A stretch of 41,393 nt of DNA from a virus (taxonomy: Duplodnaviria > Caudoviricetes). The DNA is taken from the IMG/VR virus record IMGVR_UViG_3300011423_000015, positions 1 to 41,393 of that record, one strand, 5' to 3'. The position numbers and the translations under genes were made by a program. The notes beneath the pieces were generated by a model. The model saw nothing but the letters and a program-made list of their open reading frames with translations, was not told the origin of the DNA and searched no databases. Below are positions 1 to 9,699 of the stretch, piece by piece (position 1 is the first letter of the stretch; each line of letters starts with the position of its first letter).

Positions 1-291
1 ATCCACTACCGCTTCAAAAACTGACCAAATATCATTCTTACTCCAATCAACGTCACCTGAATTTAATTGCAATGCGTACAATGTGAATACAGTTAAGTCA
101 ACGCCATTGCCTCGCTCAGTATCATATACAATGGTGGCGCTATCATTATACTTTCCATTTTTACCATGAAAAGAAATCAGAGCATTTTTACCATCCCCAT
201 ACTTAAAAAGTTGCATGCCACCACATTCACTTTGTTCCTGCGAGAATGCGACCTTTGAAATTATAAATAGCAAAAAGAGTATTTTTTTCAT
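1..291 (-). CDS. Secreted protein, possibly alpha/beta-hydrolase (esterase-like); truncated by window edge
   Basis: Not in ORF track. ATG at 291 overlaps the TGA of the 616-aa gene (ATGA); open to base 1: MKKILFLLFIISKVAFS-QEQSECGGMQLFKYGDGKNALISFHGKNG...; signal peptide then Q; hhhFHG motif typical of alpha/beta hydrolases. Confidence 0.6.
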   Translation of the reverse strand, partial: MKKILFLLFIISKVAFSQEQSECGGMQLFKYGDGKNALISFHGKNGKYNDSATIVYDTERGNGVDLTVFTLYALQLNSGDVDWSKNDIWSVFEAVVD

Positions 292-2138
292 GGCTTACTT
301 TGTTTACACTTTGTAAAAATAAGAATGATAATTACTACGTTTAAGACTGCGAGTATCCAGAACCAGTAAGGGAACCGAAGTAATTTATTAAGTCTGGCAA
401 TTTCTGCTTGCAATTCTCTGATTCGTGCGTCCTGCAATTCGCATGTTACAGGCTGTTCAACGTATCCAATATTTAATTTGCCCCAAAAATTAGTTGCAAC
501 GATTCGTAAATCATCCGGTGGGTATGGCAATTGTTTAGAACCACTTTTCCAAAGCGCTTGGTCGCTGCGTACGCCTGTGGAGTCCCACGTTAAAATAATA
601 TAATGGGCATGATCGTTCTTTGGGCGCGTGGCTGTGGCATCATGCTTAACAAGTGCTTTGCAGAATACAGGTTGGTGGTCTGTCTCCCTATCGATCATGA
701 TATCGCCAACCTCAACCTTTACCGCAGTGCTATCATCACCCGTCAGGTATGCACCATAGTAATGACGCCAGAATTTAATTTTATTAGAGCTCTCGTAAAA
801 TCCACTATTGACATATTCAACATCAGGAATCGATTCTACTAAGTGAGGTTCAATTTTTACATTTATTTTTTTTGTGTTCTGAAAAATCTTTGGGCTACTT
901 CCATCGTGGAAGATATTCAGAAATGTAATACTGTCGGTGCCGTTGTTGGCAGACACCATCCAATCGGTAGGCGTTACTTTATTCTCAATATAAAATTCAC
1001 CGTTTGGTTTTCGAATGAATAGGCTATCAAAAATTAATTGTAGTCCAAACTTTAATGAGTTATGAAAATAAATTCCCTCACCTCGTCCATTATTGAAACC
1101 AATATTACTGATAAAAACTTTTGAGTCACAGCCAGCGGGATACGCATCTGAACCAAAGAAATTCATCGCGTGGCTTCCCCACGTATCGAAAAATATATTA
1201 TAAATTTTTGTAGTGCCTTCGTCAACGCTCCATTGCGATCCCGTATCCTGATTTGGCTGGAATTGATTTAAGTAGCCTGCATCGGTGGCAAAGGAAGTGA
1301 TATTGTGGATAGATGAATTACCGATTACGTGTTGCAGTTGAATTGCCTCGCTGCCACTGCGGGACAAAATACAATCGTAGAATTGAAGGTTGTTAATTTT
1401 TGCAAGTGGCGGTCCGTGGGTCGCACCGATATACGTGTTTTCACTTTCGGTATCATGAAAGAAACACCTATAAATTTTTACAGAATCTAGTTTCCAATCA
1501 TACGAACCACCCTGAAATCTCAGCGCTGAAAATCCGTGTTCGGCTTCGACACCGCGAATGGTAAATTTACCACCGTCTAAAACTGAAATTGAAAGTCCAT
1601 GAAAGCCCTCATATATTCCGATGGACGAAATGCTTATACCGAACGTGCCTCGAATGAAAGACCGCGCTTTATCCTTGCGGTACTTCAGATTTAAGCCCGG
1701 ATAGGCTTCACTCTCTCCATCTATAGTCAGATTTTTTAAACCCTGTATAAGCGAATGAAAGCCGCCATATGAGTTATGTGTATAGATGCAATCAATGCGA
1801 GTGCCCGGAATGGGTTTTAAAGTAGCTGATGAAATATTCCACGGTGTAATTTCATTACCGTTTAAGAATCTCATTTCACACAGCCTGCCAATTTTCTTTC
1901 CATCAATCCACAGCACTGCGTTTTCTCGCATGTTGGGAAATGTTTTGCTGATAGATGTATACCGAAGCTGGTTGATGCTATCGGAAAATGTTTTCGTGGG
2001 CGTGTCGAAAATCATATCACCCTCAGTAACATACGAGCCGTAGCCATCAACGTCTAACAGTGTGGCAACTCTATTCTGCCCAAAGCATATCTGTGTTAAG
2101 AGAAGTAAGCAGAAAAATAAATGGAATATTTTTTTCAT
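288..2138 (-). CDS. Signal-peptide, right-handed beta-helix (pectin lyase-like) protein with C-terminal coiled coil and TM anchor
   Basis: N-terminal MKKIFHLFFCLLLLTQICFG-Q; beta-helix-like rungs (KIYRCFFHDTESENTYIG, QFYDCILSRSGSEAIQLQ, KIYNIFFDTWGSHAMNF); C-terminal hydrophobic YWFWILAVLNVVIIILIF. Confidence 0.65.
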   Translation of the reverse strand: MKKIFHLFFCLLLLTQICFGQNRVATLLDVDGYGSYVTEGDMIFDTPTKTFSDSINQLRYTSISKTFPNMRENAVLWIDGKKIGRLCEMRFLNGNEITPWNISSATLKPIPGTRIDCIYTHNSYGGFHSLIQGLKNLTIDGESEAYPGLNLKYRKDKARSFIRGTFGISISSIGIYEGFHGLSISVLDGGKFTIRGVEAEHGFSALRFQGGSYDWKLDSVKIYRCFFHDTESENTYIGATHGPPLAKINNLQFYDCILSRSGSEAIQLQHVIGNSSIHNITSFATDAGYLNQFQPNQDTGSQWSVDEGTTKIYNIFFDTWGSHAMNFFGSDAYPAGCDSKVFISNIGFNNGRGEGIYFHNSLKFGLQLIFDSLFIRKPNGEFYIENKVTPTDWMVSANNGTDSITFLNIFHDGSSPKIFQNTKKINVKIEPHLVESIPDVEYVNSGFYESSNKIKFWRHYYGAYLTGDDSTAVKVEVGDIMIDRETDHQPVFCKALVKHDATATRPKNDHAHYIILTWDSTGVRSDQALWKSGSKQLPYPPDDLRIVATNFWGKLNIGYVEQPVTCELQDARIRELQAEIARLNKLLRFPYWFWILAVLNVVIIILIFTKCKQSKP

Positions 2139-2488
2139 TTCGTTATCATTTCGATAAGGTTAAAATCATAATTTACTTTTGTCACAATTTTTTCAATCTC
2201 AGAAATCATGGCGGGTTCGGACGAAAGATTAACTTTCTCAGCGAGTAGAATTTTAAACTCATTTTCTTTTTCCGAAACATTACCATTTAATCGCTTCTCA
2301 ATTTCTTTACTATCATTTTCCAAGTCGGATGAATGTTGTAATAATTCCTTATGAATTTTTTGCAGCTTTCTTTTAAGACCCAAAGAAATTTCCTCAAACA
2401 AAATACCAGCAACAGGCATTCCTGTTTTCTCATCGTAGCTTGCCAATGTCAATAACAAAGGATTTATAAACTCTTTTTTTATTTCCAT
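2135..2488 (-). CDS. Hypothetical protein, possible tail fibre assembly chaperone
   Basis: 117-aa helical ORF in operon after fibre genes, ATGA-coupled to next gene. Confidence 0.6.
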   Translation of the reverse strand: MEIKKEFINPLLLTLASYDEKTGMPVAGILFEEISLGLKRKLQKIHKELLQHSSDLENDSKEIEKRLNGNVSEKENEFKILLAEKVNLSSEPAMISEIEKIVTKVNYDFNLIEMITK

Positions 2489-2491
2489 AAT

Positions 2492-2920
2492 TTAGTAAAT
2501 AAGTCCTTTGTTTGCCATGTAGTCACCGACCAGTAGGGTAATTCTGTTAGCGCCGTTTAAATATCCTATCACCTGCGCGAGCAAAATTTCTGCTTCAGTC
2601 GGTGGTATTGGTAACCCATCATCACCTAATACTTCATCCGGCATAATAGAATCTTCTTTTTTATCAATGTCACGAACATTAATTTGCACATCGATAAAAT
2701 CTAAAAGTGTAGGGTCTTGAAAAACAATGTTAGGTGTTTTCCTGACTGATCTTGCCACTACCCATGCAATAGCTTGCACGGTGTCCACCATCGCAGTGAG
2801 ACGTAATAAAAAGGCTACGCCCCCGGCGTCGTCGCCCATTATAGAATCAACAAAATATTTTCTATACTCTGGGTCTGCTCTGAGAATGTCTTTCTCTTCC
2901 TGTGTTAATGGTACTTCCAT
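2492..2920 (-). CDS. Hypothetical protein (tail module)
   Basis: 142-aa ORF, tight spacing, A-rich initiation region. Confidence 0.65.
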   Translation of the reverse strand: MEVPLTQEEKDILRADPEYRKYFVDSIMGDDAGGVAFLLRLTAMVDTVQAIAWVVARSVRKTPNIVFQDPTLLDFIDVQINVRDIDKKEDSIMPDEVLGDDGLPIPPTEAEILLAQVIGYLNGANRITLLVGDYMANKGLIY

Positions 2921-2938
2921 AATATTTTTTTTTAAGGT

Positions 2939-5137
2939 TTAATTATTTGTTATCGTCCATCCATAATTATTTTCTAAAACATAAATTTGTTCCTTTGCGC
3001 TTGCTGGTGTTCCATCGGCTGAACCTAAAACAAAACCAGTGGGCGGCTGTTCTATTCCTGATGGTGCTGCATTGGTACCTCCTATTAATAAAGATTTTGA
3101 TGCCAATGATGTACTCCATTTAGTTTTGTTCACATAAATATTATTGACATTGATATCAACATTAGCCTGGGACATTCCATTATCCTGCAATTGAATTTGA
3201 CAAGGCAGCCATCCGTTAACACCAATTTTTAAATCAGTGTTTAGAGCGCACCCTTGGGCGTGAAAACCTCTTGTTGCACCCGTGTTAAGTTGTGGATAAT
3301 TAATATTTTCAATGTTGTTGATTGTGCTTAATAAAGGATTGTTACTAACAACAAATGTGAAATTGATATTGAATATGCATCTTGCAGCAATTGAAGGCAA
3401 TGAAATACTTGTTATACTCGGATTGTTTGCAATTGTAATTGTTGTATAGTTGTCTGTGGTTGTTTTTCCTGATAAGTCAAAAGTTGTTACCGCAGAATCA
3501 TGTAATGTGATTGTTATGATATTAGGGGTAGCTGTAAAATTATTATTAAAAAGAGTGTTACCAACAATTTGTATTTGGCGTAAAGCTATACCAGCACCAG
3601 CTATACCAGATAAATTATTATCTCTGATTATCAGTATTGATAAACTTGCTGGCAGTGTAAGTGTGCCTGTCATCTTCGCCCTATTTGCGTATAAAATTGT
3701 TAGAGCGGTTAAACCACTAAGACTTAAATTATTTCCAAAACCATCGATTGAATCTTGCCCGTTATCCGCTGTGCTGGAAGTGCTTGACCCTGCATGAAAA
3801 TATAAAGCTGTCAGCCCTGTCATTGCATTGATTTGTGATACTAAACTAGGGTTAGTTGTTACGCTTAAATTGTTTCCACCCAATCCTAAAATTGTACATA
3901 CCGTATTTACAGGCAATGTGAGATTTACAATTTGAGAGTTTGATAAATCTATCAGCGTAGCATTTGTTAAACCGGAAACGTCAACCGTTGCAAAATTATT
4001 TTTTGATGCATCACCAAGTAATGCGCCATTATCACCAATCATGAAATTGGCCAATGAGGGTTTGGCAGTTGTTAAACTTATTGAACCTGTTATTAGATTT
4101 GCATGAAAATAAAAATCGATTAATGTTGTTGCGAAATCTGCATTGGTAAATGATCGTGCCCAAACTAAATTTGAACCTCTTCCATTGAAAATCTTTAATA
4201 CAGGTGAGGTAAATACATCATTAAAAATTGCTTTCAATGTTGTCTGATTCATTGCCGTTGCTGCTGTCAATTGAAATCTACGAACGCCAGTAAAGTTTGC
4301 AAATGTTATATTGGTCATTGTAGTTGCGCCACCAATATTGAAAACTTTTATATTGGACATGTGACTAATTTGCAAATTAATTGCGCCTAAAAATAAACCT
4401 CCTGATGGGCCAACATCTGAGTATACTGCCGCACCAAAGTTTAACATTTCCATATTTATACATTCAGCAATCAAAGAATTAATTGATGGACCTAAACTAG
4501 ACGTAGCTGCTAACTCCAAATATTTTAAAGACTTTGGAAATTTTTTTTCTATTGAAGTAAGGTATGTGCTTTGTGCAAGGTGAATTGCTTTTACATACGG
4601 TGGCCACACACCAGTAATACTTGTTATATTGGCACCATTCGAAGAAACACTACTCTGAGTCCCACGAATAGACTCAACATTTATTAAATATGGAACACGC
4701 AAAACACCAGCGAAGGCATTACCGGATGCAGAAGCACCACTAGCGGATAACGCAAATCCTCTGACAAGATCAGGCCTATGAAATATTATTTTCATATTAC
4801 GGTTAACACCATCACCGACTGTATGCGTAAATGCTCTTGATGCAGTACCTTGATAACAGTATGATGATATTAAATCTTGATCGAATGTAGTGGCAATCGT
4901 TTCTGATTCGTAAAAAAAAGCTCTGGCATTTCCATCATAAGGAACTGTTGGTATTAGTAAAAGTTGAGTGTCAGGATTTGGTGGTGGGCCTTGAAAAATG
5001 AAATGTAAAACACATTGTTCTCTTTTTCTCCATGCGCCATGAGTAACTGCAAATATTCTAGCTGTGCCTGATGTTCTACCTGGGGCACTCCATGAATATG
5101 ATTCTTGATACCTTCCAAAAAAACCAAATGCTCGCAT
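2939..5137 (-). CDS. Leucine-rich-repeat protein, putative receptor-binding adhesin
   Basis: Repeated LxxLxxLxLxxNxL-like units (VSGLTNATLIDLSNSQIVNLTL, LSGLTALTILYANRAKMTGTL, PASLSILIIRDNNLSGI); directly follows tail fibre gene. Confidence 0.75.
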   Translation of the reverse strand: MRAFGFFGRYQESYSWSAPGRTSGTARIFAVTHGAWRKREQCVLHFIFQGPPPNPDTQLLLIPTVPYDGNARAFFYESETIATTFDQDLISSYCYQGTASRAFTHTVGDGVNRNMKIIFHRPDLVRGFALSASGASASGNAFAGVLRVPYLINVESIRGTQSSVSSNGANITSITGVWPPYVKAIHLAQSTYLTSIEKKFPKSLKYLELAATSSLGPSINSLIAECINMEMLNFGAAVYSDVGPSGGLFLGAINLQISHMSNIKVFNIGGATTMTNITFANFTGVRRFQLTAATAMNQTTLKAIFNDVFTSPVLKIFNGRGSNLVWARSFTNADFATTLIDFYFHANLITGSISLTTAKPSLANFMIGDNGALLGDASKNNFATVDVSGLTNATLIDLSNSQIVNLTLPVNTVCTILGLGGNNLSVTTNPSLVSQINAMTGLTALYFHAGSSTSSTADNGQDSIDGFGNNLSLSGLTALTILYANRAKMTGTLTLPASLSILIIRDNNLSGIAGAGIALRQIQIVGNTLFNNNFTATPNIITITLHDSAVTTFDLSGKTTTDNYTTITIANNPSITSISLPSIAARCIFNINFTFVVSNNPLLSTINNIENINYPQLNTGATRGFHAQGCALNTDLKIGVNGWLPCQIQLQDNGMSQANVDINVNNIYVNKTKWSTSLASKSLLIGGTNAAPSGIEQPPTGFVLGSADGTPASAKEQIYVLENNYGWTITNN

Positions 5138-5138
5138 A

Positions 5139-7475
5139 TTAATTATTTTGTAAGTCCGGTGTTAGTACTACGTCTAATCTTCCAGCCACATTGCATATAC
5201 CAATTAAAATATCAATAGCTGTTCCGATACCGTTAGTTGTGGGGTCTGTTAATGTTGGTGCTATGCCTAATGGTAGTCTATATTTGCCAGTCGCAAAAGT
5301 GAAAGTTGCGTTCGTTGTTCTTGTGATAATGAAAGTGTATGTAACACCTACCACTGCATTAGTAAAATCAAATGAGGTAACGTTTCCTGATTGAGTTAGT
5401 AAGAAAGTTTTGCCAGTGGAGAGATCGATGTTTGCTGTCCCTGAAATTGTGAGTGAAACTACTGCACCAGTATTATTTATAAGACTATATCCAAGCGTTC
5501 CATCGGTATGAATAACAACGGTGCGTGAATATGATTCTTGATTTGTTAATGTTGGCATCATGACGGTGCCATTATCTAACACTAAAAATCTATTGGTGTT
5601 TGCACTATCATCTAGTTTGAATAATTGTCCTGTGGTTGTACCATCACCTTTTATATGTGCTTTTGCGGAAGGTGTTAAGGTTCCAAAACCATGTCTGCCA
5701 GATGAAGACCTGAAGGCATAATGGACTCCTGAAATATTTGAAGGATTAATCGGGTTCCATTCATAACCGATAACATCTGTTGCAGCCGTAATTGTAAACT
5801 CGGGTGAAACTGCTGTTACAGTTCCGTTGGCACCACCCATTTGGTTTATTATATTGGTAGTACGTAAAACTTTAAATGAGGCCGACCCAGATGGTGGAGA
5901 AAAACCTCCATTTATTACCACCAACGCGGGTGCCCCCGTTGTAGAGGCAAAATTATTCGATGCGGATAAACCTAGAACAATAACAGGTTGTTGTGTTATG
6001 ATCACATTTGTAAAGCCAAAAAAAGTACCAGCAGCCGCACTATCAACTGTCGCCCCGGTAAAAGAAACTGTTGGAAATATTTTTGCGTTCTCACCGTTAG
6101 ATGCTCCAAGCGCAACAGAACCATCATGTAAATAACTCCAACCGGCACCTGTATAATTTCCTCCATTAATACTAACACGTGTTTTAAGGGTGCCTAACAC
6201 AGTGCCTGTGCCTTGTACCGGTAAAACATAAGTAGTAAACTTAATTGTTTGTGAGGCCGCGGTTGCAGTTGTTTTCCATCCTTGGCCCTCCCATGTTATG
6301 GCCGGGCTTATCTGCTGATTTCCACTTGATGCCGGTGTAATATTCTGTAACCACAAACCAGCGCCATCTGTCTGAGTATTCCCTAATGAATTGAAAACAA
6401 CTTTTAAAATATTTGTTGTTGTGCCAATAATAGTATTAACCCCTGTTAATGTTCCTCCTGTTGCTAATGACCACATCTTATCATTGCCGGGCCAAACGGA
6501 TAATTTTAATGGAGTGATTGCCCTTAAATCATCTGTACCAGCGTTAACTTCTGCTTGTGTAGCAATCTCAATAATGCCTTTTACGCTTTCGCTCGCGTCT
6601 GGAATTGCTGGTGGTGCTTTACTTAAGTCAAATAAAAATGTACATTCTGCACTTGCAACAAATAATAAGCCACCGCTATCAATTACATTAACTCCTATAG
6701 TCCACCAACTTCCATTGTCAACTGGTAATGATGCAATTTCAAAAACTATTATTCTGGTTGAATCATTTCGCTGTTGAGCTACAATTCTATTTCCTACTTC
6801 CAGCACTCCAAACAAAGCCGCAGCGTCAAAACTTGCCGCCGCTACTTCAGCAAAATATAATTCAGTTACTAAAGTCACATCGGCATTATTCATTCTGAAA
6901 AATCCATTTCCGGGGTCACCCGCTGTGGTGTTAGCAACAAATTTCCAAGCCCGTTCTATTATTCCAGAGCCACCGCCACCTTCACCATCACCACCGCCTG
7001 AAATCATTATCCAATCACCAGCATCCAACTCAGTTAAAAAATCTACTGACGGAAATGGTCTTAATGGATTCGCTAACCAAAAAATTTGTATGTCTGGCGC
7101 TTCCGGGTCCGTTGACATTTTATACAATACAAATACATCATCCTGCGTATAAACACCAGCTTGCCAAAATGTAAATCCAGAAGGTGATTTACTAATGACT
7201 TCCCATGCGGGGTCTGTACCCGGAACAACGTTCTCAGCTATATCCCCATTGGCTTGATACCATTCTCCTTGCCACGTAACGACCTCCCCATCACTATAGG
7301 GATGGTCTGTTATCCATTCAAAATTTCCTGTAGTCGTTGACGTTAGCAGTGCGGCAAAATCAAACCGCTCAGTAATATGGTTATCCATGTTCCTGACTGC
7401 GCCCCAATAGCCTGGCTTCAGTTCTGCGCATAGTGGCAATTGATCAATTCGGGCATTGCTTAATTCCTCTGCCAT
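5139..7475 (-). CDS. Tail fibre protein
   Basis: G/T/S-rich; fibre repeat motif ASESVKGIIEIATQAEVNAGTDDLRAITPLKL; N-terminal CBM5/12-like W-x4-Y-x2-G-x2-V motif; C-terminal IDLSTGKTF...TLT module seen in fibre tips. Confidence 0.8.
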   Translation of the reverse strand: MAEELSNARIDQLPLCAELKPGYWGAVRNMDNHITERFDFAALLTSTTTGNFEWITDHPYSDGEVVTWQGEWYQANGDIAENVVPGTDPAWEVISKSPSGFTFWQAGVYTQDDVFVLYKMSTDPEAPDIQIFWLANPLRPFPSVDFLTELDAGDWIMISGGGDGEGGGGSGIIERAWKFVANTTAGDPGNGFFRMNNADVTLVTELYFAEVAAASFDAAALFGVLEVGNRIVAQQRNDSTRIIVFEIASLPVDNGSWWTIGVNVIDSGGLLFVASAECTFLFDLSKAPPAIPDASESVKGIIEIATQAEVNAGTDDLRAITPLKLSVWPGNDKMWSLATGGTLTGVNTIIGTTTNILKVVFNSLGNTQTDGAGLWLQNITPASSGNQQISPAITWEGQGWKTTATAASQTIKFTTYVLPVQGTGTVLGTLKTRVSINGGNYTGAGWSYLHDGSVALGASNGENAKIFPTVSFTGATVDSAAAGTFFGFTNVIITQQPVIVLGLSASNNFASTTGAPALVVINGGFSPPSGSASFKVLRTTNIINQMGGANGTVTAVSPEFTITAATDVIGYEWNPINPSNISGVHYAFRSSSGRHGFGTLTPSAKAHIKGDGTTTGQLFKLDDSANTNRFLVLDNGTVMMPTLTNQESYSRTVVIHTDGTLGYSLINNTGAVVSLTISGTANIDLSTGKTFLLTQSGNVTSFDFTNAVVGVTYTFIITRTTNATFTFATGKYRLPLGIAPTLTDPTTNGIGTAIDILIGICNVAGRLDVVLTPDLQNN

Positions 7476-7482
7476 AATATTT

Positions 7483-9693
7483 TTAACGTTTTAAAAATCC
7501 TGTCTCGGTCATAATAAATCCACCTTCGGCAACACTTCCGAGGTCATCACTGTTATAACGATCATACCATTTAGCTTCTAATTTCACAGATGAATTTGCA
7601 AGCAATGATCTGTCCTTATACTCTGGCTCTGCGTACCCTTCTGTGGTTTGGCATTCAATGTTATTGATTGTATAATTATCGCAATCCAATAGCGTCCCTA
7701 ATTTTTCGTGCATGTAAGGAGGTAAAGACCAGACCTGAAATAATATCACACGAGTTTTTTTTGCGCTCACTTTAACAATACTGTAATCGCTGTTCCTGTT
7801 TGTTGACCGTTCACCTCCCGGGCTTCTCCTATGTCCGAAATGAGAAGGTACTCTGATCATCCCTTGATAGCCAGTGGTCCATGTTATGTCGAAAGCGTTA
7901 TCAATATTTTTATATTTGATTTGATTCGTGCCCGGATGCGTGTTGCGTATATCCAGTGGCTCGCTTCTAGCTTCTTTAAAGTTGAAACCTTCGATGGTAT
8001 CAAAGGCTAATATCCTTATATAATATTGCCCTTCTGGTACATCACTAAAGTTGTGAACAGATTCAAACACATTAAAATTTGTATTTGATACATCAAATCT
8101 TCCTGTTCCTGATTGTGATGTGCCCGGACCTGTATAGTTTTTAGTAATGACAAGATATTGGTAACCCAATGTTGGGTCGTTAATGATATCAACGATACCA
8201 TAATTACCATTGTACCCATTGACATTATTTATAATTTGAAAGACATCACCAACGCTCAACGGTATCGGTAGTGGTCCTGAATTAAAATAAACCCTGCTTT
8301 GTCCTGTGGTAGTATGTGCTCTGATGGCTATTCCAAAATCTTCTGTGACTCCTATATTTTGTTCCTTCAATTCATAAGAAAATGTTTTAACTACTTCACT
8401 GGTTGAATATTTTCTTAACTCAATAGCAAAATTTAAAAAGTCAGAATTAAACTGAGTAGATACTACATCACAAATATTAAATGGTTGAAAATAATTTACC
8501 TGATCAAAGCCCTCATGTTCCTGCTCGCAAAGCAATACATTATCCAATCCCTGCGGGTTATCGCATTGGCTAACAACTTCACGAACGACAAAATGAATAG
8601 AATTCATAGTAGGAACAGTCAAAAATGTTCCATTCACTACCGTTGGCGCGGGCTCAGTGATTTCAATGGTTAGAAAAATTTCTTCTGAAGTACTTACATC
8701 GTGAATCAGAACGGTATAAATTCCAGCTATTAAGCCAACTCTATTTTGTGAAGTAGGTCCATCGTTCCAAAGAAAAGTTCTATTACCAGAGCCACCGGAC
8801 ACCGCCAAAGTTATGCTTCCATCACTTTCACCATCTGCGGTCGCGTCCGTTTTCGTGTATGATGCAACCATTACCGATGGCTCAGTCACATTGAATGATT
8901 GGCTTTTAACTGCACCACCTACCGTGTCGGTTACAATAACTGTATAGGTTCCGGGAACAAGCGCAAAGATATCTTGGGTAGTGGCACCGTTATTCCATGA
9001 GTAAGTAAATGGTCCTATCCCTCCGGTAACACTTGCATCAATGGAGCCATTATTCGCGCCATGAGATGAAACATTTGTTACAATCCCTGTTATATTAATT
9101 GGTGGTGGTGGTTCGTTACTTTCTTCTTTCGCTGTGAAGCCATCAAAAAATATTTGCATATCTTCTACTGGCGAGGATGTATAATCATCTTTATCCCAAT
9201 TGAGCGCGAATGCTAACCAAGAATTAGAAGCCGTAGTCGTTGATGGCGCAATGAATTGATATGAGAATGGAATCCAGAATCCTAAAATATCAGAATCAAC
9301 TATGCAATTTATATTTGCAATGGTTGACATATCAGGAAATGCGGTTGTGGCATATTTAACTTTCAGATAAACATTTTTATCAACAACTGCATGACCTCTA
9401 TTTCCAAAATATACAAAGCCGTTAAAGGTGTATCTTCTGCCAGCTACGAAAGAACCACCGGGTCTAAATCTTACCAGATTACGATGAGCATAGTTACCGG
9501 AAAAACTATATGAAGGACTATCCAATAGATTGGCAAGAAAACTTTTAGTCCCATCCTTCTTTTGTGCTGTTGAAAATCCATATTGTGCGTGTCCATCTAC
9601 AACGCCCGCAGATACGTCACCAATATCTGAACCTTCAAAAGTTCCATTGTCAAACTTTGTCCAAAACGTAGGATTTACAACGGTCCATGCCAT
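7483..9693 (-). CDS. Tail protein with N-terminal carbohydrate-binding-like beta-sandwich and two SprB repeats
   Basis: Two SprB-type units (NGSIDASVTGGIGPFTYSWNNGATTQDIFALVPGTYTVIVTD; DGSITLAVSGGSGNRTFLWNDG...GLIAGIYTVLIHD); DNGTFEG start typical of CBM4/9-like domains. Confidence 0.75.
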   Translation of the reverse strand: MAWTVVNPTFWTKFDNGTFEGSDIGDVSAGVVDGHAQYGFSTAQKKDGTKSFLANLLDSPSYSFSGNYAHRNLVRFRPGGSFVAGRRYTFNGFVYFGNRGHAVVDKNVYLKVKYATTAFPDMSTIANINCIVDSDILGFWIPFSYQFIAPSTTTASNSWLAFALNWDKDDYTSSPVEDMQIFFDGFTAKEESNEPPPPINITGIVTNVSSHGANNGSIDASVTGGIGPFTYSWNNGATTQDIFALVPGTYTVIVTDTVGGAVKSQSFNVTEPSVMVASYTKTDATADGESDGSITLAVSGGSGNRTFLWNDGPTSQNRVGLIAGIYTVLIHDVSTSEEIFLTIEITEPAPTVVNGTFLTVPTMNSIHFVVREVVSQCDNPQGLDNVLLCEQEHEGFDQVNYFQPFNICDVVSTQFNSDFLNFAIELRKYSTSEVVKTFSYELKEQNIGVTEDFGIAIRAHTTTGQSRVYFNSGPLPIPLSVGDVFQIINNVNGYNGNYGIVDIINDPTLGYQYLVITKNYTGPGTSQSGTGRFDVSNTNFNVFESVHNFSDVPEGQYYIRILAFDTIEGFNFKEARSEPLDIRNTHPGTNQIKYKNIDNAFDITWTTGYQGMIRVPSHFGHRRSPGGERSTNRNSDYSIVKVSAKKTRVILFQVWSLPPYMHEKLGTLLDCDNYTINNIECQTTEGYAEPEYKDRSLLANSSVKLEAKWYDRYNSDDLGSVAEGGFIMTETGFLKR

Positions 9694-9699
9694 AATAAA

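Noticed and set aside
288-460. Spanin/holin call for the C-terminal TM of the 616-aa protein
   Set aside because: No clear lipobox, the bulk of the protein is beta-helix-like, and no endolysin is adjacent in the window
2939-9693. Diversity-generating retroelement or invertible shufflon acting on tail fibre/LRR genes
   Set aside because: No reverse transcriptase, no template/variable repeat pair and no inverted cassettes or invertase seen in the window
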